From Actinomycetota bacterium (GTDB lineage: Bacteria; Actinomycetota; Acidimicrobiia; Acidimicrobiales; CADCSY01): a DNA stretch of 64,000 nucleotides. Positions 60,228 to 64,000 of the stretch are shown here, one piece after another. A program made the translations under genes and the position numbers. Positions within the stretch are counted from its first letter, which is position 1; each line of letters begins with the position of its first letter. The notes below the pieces were generated by a model. It searched no databases. It was not told the DNA's origin and worked only from the letters and a program-made list of their open reading frames with translations. The stretch is taken from contig SIRW01000054.1 in the NCBI GenBank assembly GCA_004366205.1, forward strand, positions 7,990-71,989, written 5' to 3'.

Positions 60228-61003
60228 GGGCCGGCCTCCGGCAGCCGGAACACGGCCGCGGCGTTGGCGGTGGTGGCGGCCGCCACGTCCTCGACGTCGA
60301 CGCCCTTCACGGCGGCGACGGCGGCGCCCACCAGCACCACGTGGGCGGGTTCGTTGGTGCGACCCCGGTGCGGGACCGGCGCCAGGTAGGGAGCGTCGGT
60401 CTCGACCAGCAGCCGGTCGAGCGGGCAGAAGGCGGCGGCGGCCCGCACGTCGTCGGCGGCTGTGAACGTCACGATGCCCGAGAACGACAGGTGGGCGCCC
60501 AGATCGAGCGCGCGGCGGGCCTCCTCGGGTCCGCCGGTGAAGCAGTGGAACACCGTGCGCTCCGGGACGCCGGCTTCGCTGAGCACGGCGAAGGTCTCGT
60601 CCCACGCCTCGCGGGTGTGGATCACCAGCGCCAGGTCGCGCTCGTGGGCCCAGGCGATCTGGGCGGCGAAGGCGGCGCGCTGGGCGTCGCGGGGCGAGTG
60701 GTCGTAGTGGAAGTCGAGGCCGCACTCCCCCACGGCCACCACCTCGGGCGCGTCGAGCAGCTCGGCGATGCGCTCGAGCGTGCCGGCGTGGCGCGCCTCG
60801 TGGGGGTGCAGCCCGGCCGTCGCCCACACGCCCTCGTGGCCGCGGGCGACGTCGAGAGCGGCGCGCGACTGGGCCAGGTCGGTGCCGACCGTGACGATGC
60901 GGGTCACGCCCGCGTCACGGGCGGCGGCGATCGCCGCACCGGGGTCCTCCAGGCCACGGTACGGCAGGTGGCAGTGGCTGTCGGTCCAGACGGGGACGGT
61001 CAG
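60224..61003 (-). CDS. tatD: TatD family hydrolase
   Basis: DSHCHL metal motif within six residues of the metG stop, then GECGLDFHY, VIHTREA and VETDAPYL. No ATG/GTG/TTG lies between the motif and 61144. The start is provisionally CTG at 61003 (CTGA overlap with the metG stop). Confidence 0.65.
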   Translation of the reverse strand: MTVPVWTDSHCHLPYRGLEDPGAAIAAARDAGVTRIVTVGTDLAQSRAALDVARGHEGVWATAGLHPHEARHAGTLERIAELLDAPEVVAVGECGLDFHYDHSPRDAQRAAFAAQIAWAHERDLALVIHTREAWDETFAVLSEAGVPERTVFHCFTGGPEEARRALDLGAHLSFSGIVTFTAADDVRAAAAFCPLDRLLVETDAPYLAPVPHRGRTNEPAHVVLVGAAVAAVKGVDVEDVAAATTANAAAVFRLPEAGP

Positions 61004-62517
61004 GGCTCCTTGATGCGCGGGAAGAGCGGCGCGCCCTTCTCCACCCGGAACCCGCCCGGGTAGCCGCCCCAGCGGGCGGCGCCCGGCAGCCGCTGGTCGG
61101 CGGGCGCGCCGTGCAGGCCGATCCGCCGCCACACCTCCGTGCACGCCCGGGGCACCGCGGGGTGGGCCAGGATCGCCACGATGCGCAGCACCTCGAGGGC
61201 GTCACCGAGCACGGCGTCGACCGCCGGGCCGGGCTCGGCCTTCCACGGCTCGTTGGCCTCGAGGTGGGCGTTGGCCTCGCGGATGAGCCGCCACGTCGCC
61301 TCCAGGGCCTCGGCGGGCTGCACCCGCTGCCACGCCGCCGCCGCGGCCTCGTAGCACTCGGCGGCGACCGGCGCGAGCGGGCTGTCGGGGCGCGGCGCGG
61401 GCCCGACGCCGCCGCACTTCGAGCCCACGACCGTGCTGACGCGCGACAGCAGGTTGCCGAGGTTGTTCGCCAGGTCGGCGTTGTAGCGGGCGACCATCCC
61501 TTCGTAGGAGAAGTCGCCGTCGGGCCCGAAGGCGTTGTCGCGCAGCAGGTGGTAGCGCACGCCGTCGACGCCGAACTCCTCGGCGAGGTCGCCGGGCGCG
61601 ATCTGGTTGAACGCCGTCTTGGACATCTTGGCGCCCTTCACCAGCAGGTAGCCGTGGACCCACACGTGCCGGGGCGGGTCGATCCCGGCGGCGAGCAGCA
61701 TGGCCGGCCAGTACACGCAGTGGAAGCGGATGATGTCCTTGCCGATGAGGTGGTTGACCGCGGGCCACCACCTGGCGAAGCGCTCGGGGTCCTCGCCGTA
61801 GCCGATGGCCGTGGCGTAGTTGATGAGGGCGTCGTACCAGACGTAGAAGACGTGGTCGGGGTCCCAGGGCACGGGCACGCCCCAGTCGAGCGAGGTGCGG
61901 GTGATCGACACGTCGCGCAGCCCCTGGCGGATCAGGCCCAGCGCCTCGTTGCGCTTCGATTCGGGTTGGATGGCGTCGGGGTGCGCCTCGAACCAGTCGA
62001 GCAGCGGCTGCTCGAACCGGCTGAGCTTGAAGAAGTAGTTGTCCTCCTTGAACAGCTCGGCCGGACGCTGGTGGATCGGGCAGTTGCCGTCCTCGAGCTC
62101 GTCGTCGGTGTAGTACGCCTCGCACCCGACGCAGTAGAGGCCCTCGTAGGTCGCGAGCTCGATGTGGCCGTTGTCGTACACGGCCTGGAGCAGCCGTTGC
62201 ACGGCCTTGTGGTGCCGGGGCTCGGTGGTGCGGATGAAGTCGTCGTTGGTGATGTCGAGGCCGGCCCAGGCCTCGCGGAAGCGCTCGCTCGTGGTGTCGG
62301 CCTGCTCCTGGGGGGTGATGCCCCGCTCCTCGGCGACGCGCTGGACCTTGAGGCCGTGCTCGTCGGTGCCGGTGAGGAAGAACACGTCGTCGCCGATCAG
62401 GCGGTGCCAGCGGGCGAGCGCGTCGGCGATGACCGTGGTGTAGGCGTGGCCGATGTGCGGCTTGTCGTTCACGTAGTAGATCGGCGTCGTGACGTAGAAG
62501 GCCGGCACGCCGGCCAC
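61000..62517 (-). CDS. metG: methionine--tRNA ligase
   Basis: GTG at 62517 (or 62508). HIGH motif KPHIGHAYT, KMSKS motif KMSKT, and Zn-knuckle remnant CVGCEAY...CPIH. Confidence 0.9.
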   Translation of the reverse strand: MAGVPAFYVTTPIYYVNDKPHIGHAYTTVIADALARWHRLIGDDVFFLTGTDEHGLKVQRVAEERGITPQEQADTTSERFREAWAGLDITNDDFIRTTEPRHHKAVQRLLQAVYDNGHIELATYEGLYCVGCEAYYTDDELEDGNCPIHQRPAELFKEDNYFFKLSRFEQPLLDWFEAHPDAIQPESKRNEALGLIRQGLRDVSITRTSLDWGVPVPWDPDHVFYVWYDALINYATAIGYGEDPERFARWWPAVNHLIGKDIIRFHCVYWPAMLLAAGIDPPRHVWVHGYLLVKGAKMSKTAFNQIAPGDLAEEFGVDGVRYHLLRDNAFGPDGDFSYEGMVARYNADLANNLGNLLSRVSTVVGSKCGGVGPAPRPDSPLAPVAAECYEAAAAAWQRVQPAEALEATWRLIREANAHLEANEPWKAEPGPAVDAVLGDALEVLRIVAILAHPAVPRACTEVWRRIGLHGAPADQRLPGAARWGGYPGGFRVEKGAPLFPRIKEP

Positions 62518-62552
62518 TGTACCGAGCGACCTCCGGCCCCCTGACCGCCTTT

Positions 62553-62670
62553 CCCGCGAGCTCGAGGCGCAGCGACCCGGAACCCGGCGCGCTGGGCCTC
62601 GAGAACGACCAGGCCCGCGAGCTCGAGGCGCAGCGACCCGGAACCCGGCGCGCTGGGCCTCGAGGACGAC
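62553..62670. repeat. tandem duplication (period 61 bp) of a 57-nt GC-rich hairpin
   Basis: 62553-62609 and 62614-62670 differ at one base. Each folds as CTCGAGGC...CAGCG..CCGG-GTT-CCGG..CGCTG...GCCTCGAG (read on the minus strand). They lie between the rsmI stop and the metG start. Confidence 0.9.
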
Positions 62671-62710
62671 GAGGGAGGCGGGGTCGGGGGCGGTTGGGCG
62701 GGCGGGCGGA

Positions 62711-63565
62711 TCAGTCGCGGCGGCGGAGGCGGGTGGCGACCGCGTAGGCGCGGCGGCGGGGGACGCCGAGGGCGGCAGCGACGGCGGCGGCGGCGTCACG
62801 GGCGGAGGCGCCGGCCGCGAGCTCGGTCTGGACGGCGGCCTCCACGTCGTCGTCGGTCGGGGGCGCAGCGGGCGCCGCCCCCTCCAGGACGATGACGTGC
62901 TCGCCCCGGGGCCCGTGGTCGGCCTCGACGGCGAGGGCGTCGCCGAGCGTGCCCCGCCACACGTCCTCGTAGAGCTTGGTGAGCTCCCGGGCGATCACCA
63001 CGCGCCGGTCGGCGCCGCACGCCGTGGCCAGGTCCGCGAGCGTGCGGTCGAGGCGGTGGGGGGCCTCGAACAGCACGGTCGTGCGCTCCTCGCCCGCGAG
63101 CGCCGAAAGCCGGGCGGTGCGCTCGGGGCCGGTGCGCGGCAGGAAGCCCTCGACGCAGAACCGGCCGGTGGGGAGGCCGCTGACGACGAGGGCGGCGATG
63201 GCCGCCGACGGCCCGGGCACCACCTCGACGCGGTGCCCGGCGTCGATGGCGGCGCGCACGAGCCGCTCCCCGGGGTCGGACACACCGGGGGTGCCGGCGT
63301 CGGTCACCACCGCGACCCGCTCCCCCGCCGCCAGCCGGGCCAGGACCACCGGCACCTGCGAGGCCTCGTTGTGCTCGTGGACGGCCAGGAGCCGGGCGTC
63401 GCGGACGCCGGCGTGGGCGAGCAGCCGCCCCGTGCGGCGGGTGTCCTCGCACACGATCGTGCCGGCGCGAGCCAGCTCGTCCACCGCGCGCGGCGCGAGG
63501 TCACCGAGGTTGCCGATCGGCGTGGCGACGAGCACGAGGACGCCGCCGGCGTCGGCGCGGCTCAC
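62711..63565 (-). CDS. rsmI: 16S rRNA (cytidine1402-2'-O)-methyltransferase
   Basis: GTG at 63565. LVATPIGNLGD, CEDTR and VVTDAGTPGVSDPG motifs are present. Confidence 0.85.
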   Translation of the reverse strand: MSRADAGGVLVLVATPIGNLGDLAPRAVDELARAGTIVCEDTRRTGRLLAHAGVRDARLLAVHEHNEASQVPVVLARLAAGERVAVVTDAGTPGVSDPGERLVRAAIDAGHRVEVVPGPSAAIAALVVSGLPTGRFCVEGFLPRTGPERTARLSALAGEERTTVLFEAPHRLDRTLADLATACGADRRVVIARELTKLYEDVWRGTLGDALAVEADHGPRGEHVIVLEGAAPAAPPTDDDVEAAVQTELAAGASARDAAAAVAAALGVPRRRAYAVATRLRRRD

Positions 63566-63620
63566 CGGGGCCGCTCCTCGTCGGTGACAGCACGGCCTAC
63601 GGCGGCCGCGCCGGCGAGGC

Positions 63621-64000
63621 TCACCGTGGACCGCCCGCGCCACGGCCGGGCCCTTGCTCGGTCCCGCCCTCGTCGCCGGGCACCGCCCCGGCGCCGGCGG
63701 ATCCGGCGAGCCGCAGCCGGTCACCGGGCTGCAGCCGCCACGCGGCGAAGCGCCCGGCTTCGGCTTCGACCACGCACGTCGCACCCCGCACGGGGCGCGT
63801 CACCCGCCACGGCGGCACCTCGGCCCGCACCGCCACGACGCGCAGGTCCCGGTCGCAGTGGGCGACGCCGATGGGGAAGCGCATCCCGAGCGTGTGGACC
63901 GATCGGGTCCGGGTCAGGAGGAGGGCACCGTCGTGGCCGGCGCGCCCCAGCAGCCCGCGCAGGCGCTCGCCGAAGCGGTCGGCGACGGTGACCGGCGCGA
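63621..64000 (-). CDS. DUF192 domain-containing protein (5' end outside window)
   Basis: ...DRFGERLRGLLGR....LLL....SVHTLGMRFPIGVAH.D....V pattern. The reading frame runs off the right edge of the window. Confidence 0.6.
   Translation of the reverse strand, partial: APVTVADRFGERLRGLLGRAGHDGALLLTRTRSVHTLGMRFPIGVAHCDRDLRVVAVRAEVPPWRVTRPVRGATCVVEAEAGRFAAWRLQPGDRLRLAGSAGAGAVPGDEGGTEQGPGRGAGGPR

Noticed and set aside
62518-62710. A T-box or other riboswitch leader upstream of metG.
   Set aside because: The spacer is under 200 nt and consists mainly of two near-identical simple hairpins. I could find no specifier loop or T-box sequence.

Overview
This is a high-GC (roughly 70% or more) Actinomycetota-type chromosomal segment that is almost fully coding. 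All calls come from reading the six-frame track and the DNA by eye; no searches were run.

Two conserved housekeeping blocks are recognisable, mostly on the minus strand:
- rsmI-metG-tatD-rsmA-ispE, bS22, tRNA-Gln-glmU-prs-ctc-pth, and mfd-PPIase-mazG-mgtC-eno-ftsB.
- Further left, DUF501-ppx.

Between ftsB (42.3 kb) and DUF501 (13.8 kb) lies about 28 kb of accessory-looking cargo:
- A molybdopterin-hydroxylase (form-II CoxSLM-like) supercluster. It has three large-subunit paralogs and the maturation genes coxD/E/G, xdhC and mocA.
- A DrrA-type ABC-2 exporter that is translationally coupled to one orphan large subunit.
- A Liv-like ABC importer whose ATPase gene is a single 1032-aa MFS-LivF-LivG fusion.
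- Two membrane-anchored hypothetical proteins, msrA and a class-III aminotransferase.

The left 13 kb carries lipid and CoA metabolism genes, a galactokinase-like kinase, an AMP-ligase/aminotransferase pair, an MFS transporter, Hsp20 and a deaminase-like protein.

Most notable non-genic structure:
- A 125-bp array of eight 12-bp direct repeats bracketed by a perfect 17-bp inverted repeat (13894-14018).
- Two families of ~50-nt palindromic intergenic repeats.
- A tandem 61-bp hairpin duplication upstream of metG.

Two genes (a Gfo/Idh/MocA oxidoreductase and an SDR) are decayed by frameshifts plus internal deletions. GlmU lacks its C-terminal acetyltransferase region.

No CRISPR array, transposase, integrase or rRNA was seen. 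Many long ORFs in the track are antisense or off-frame shadows typical of high-GC DNA and were rejected.
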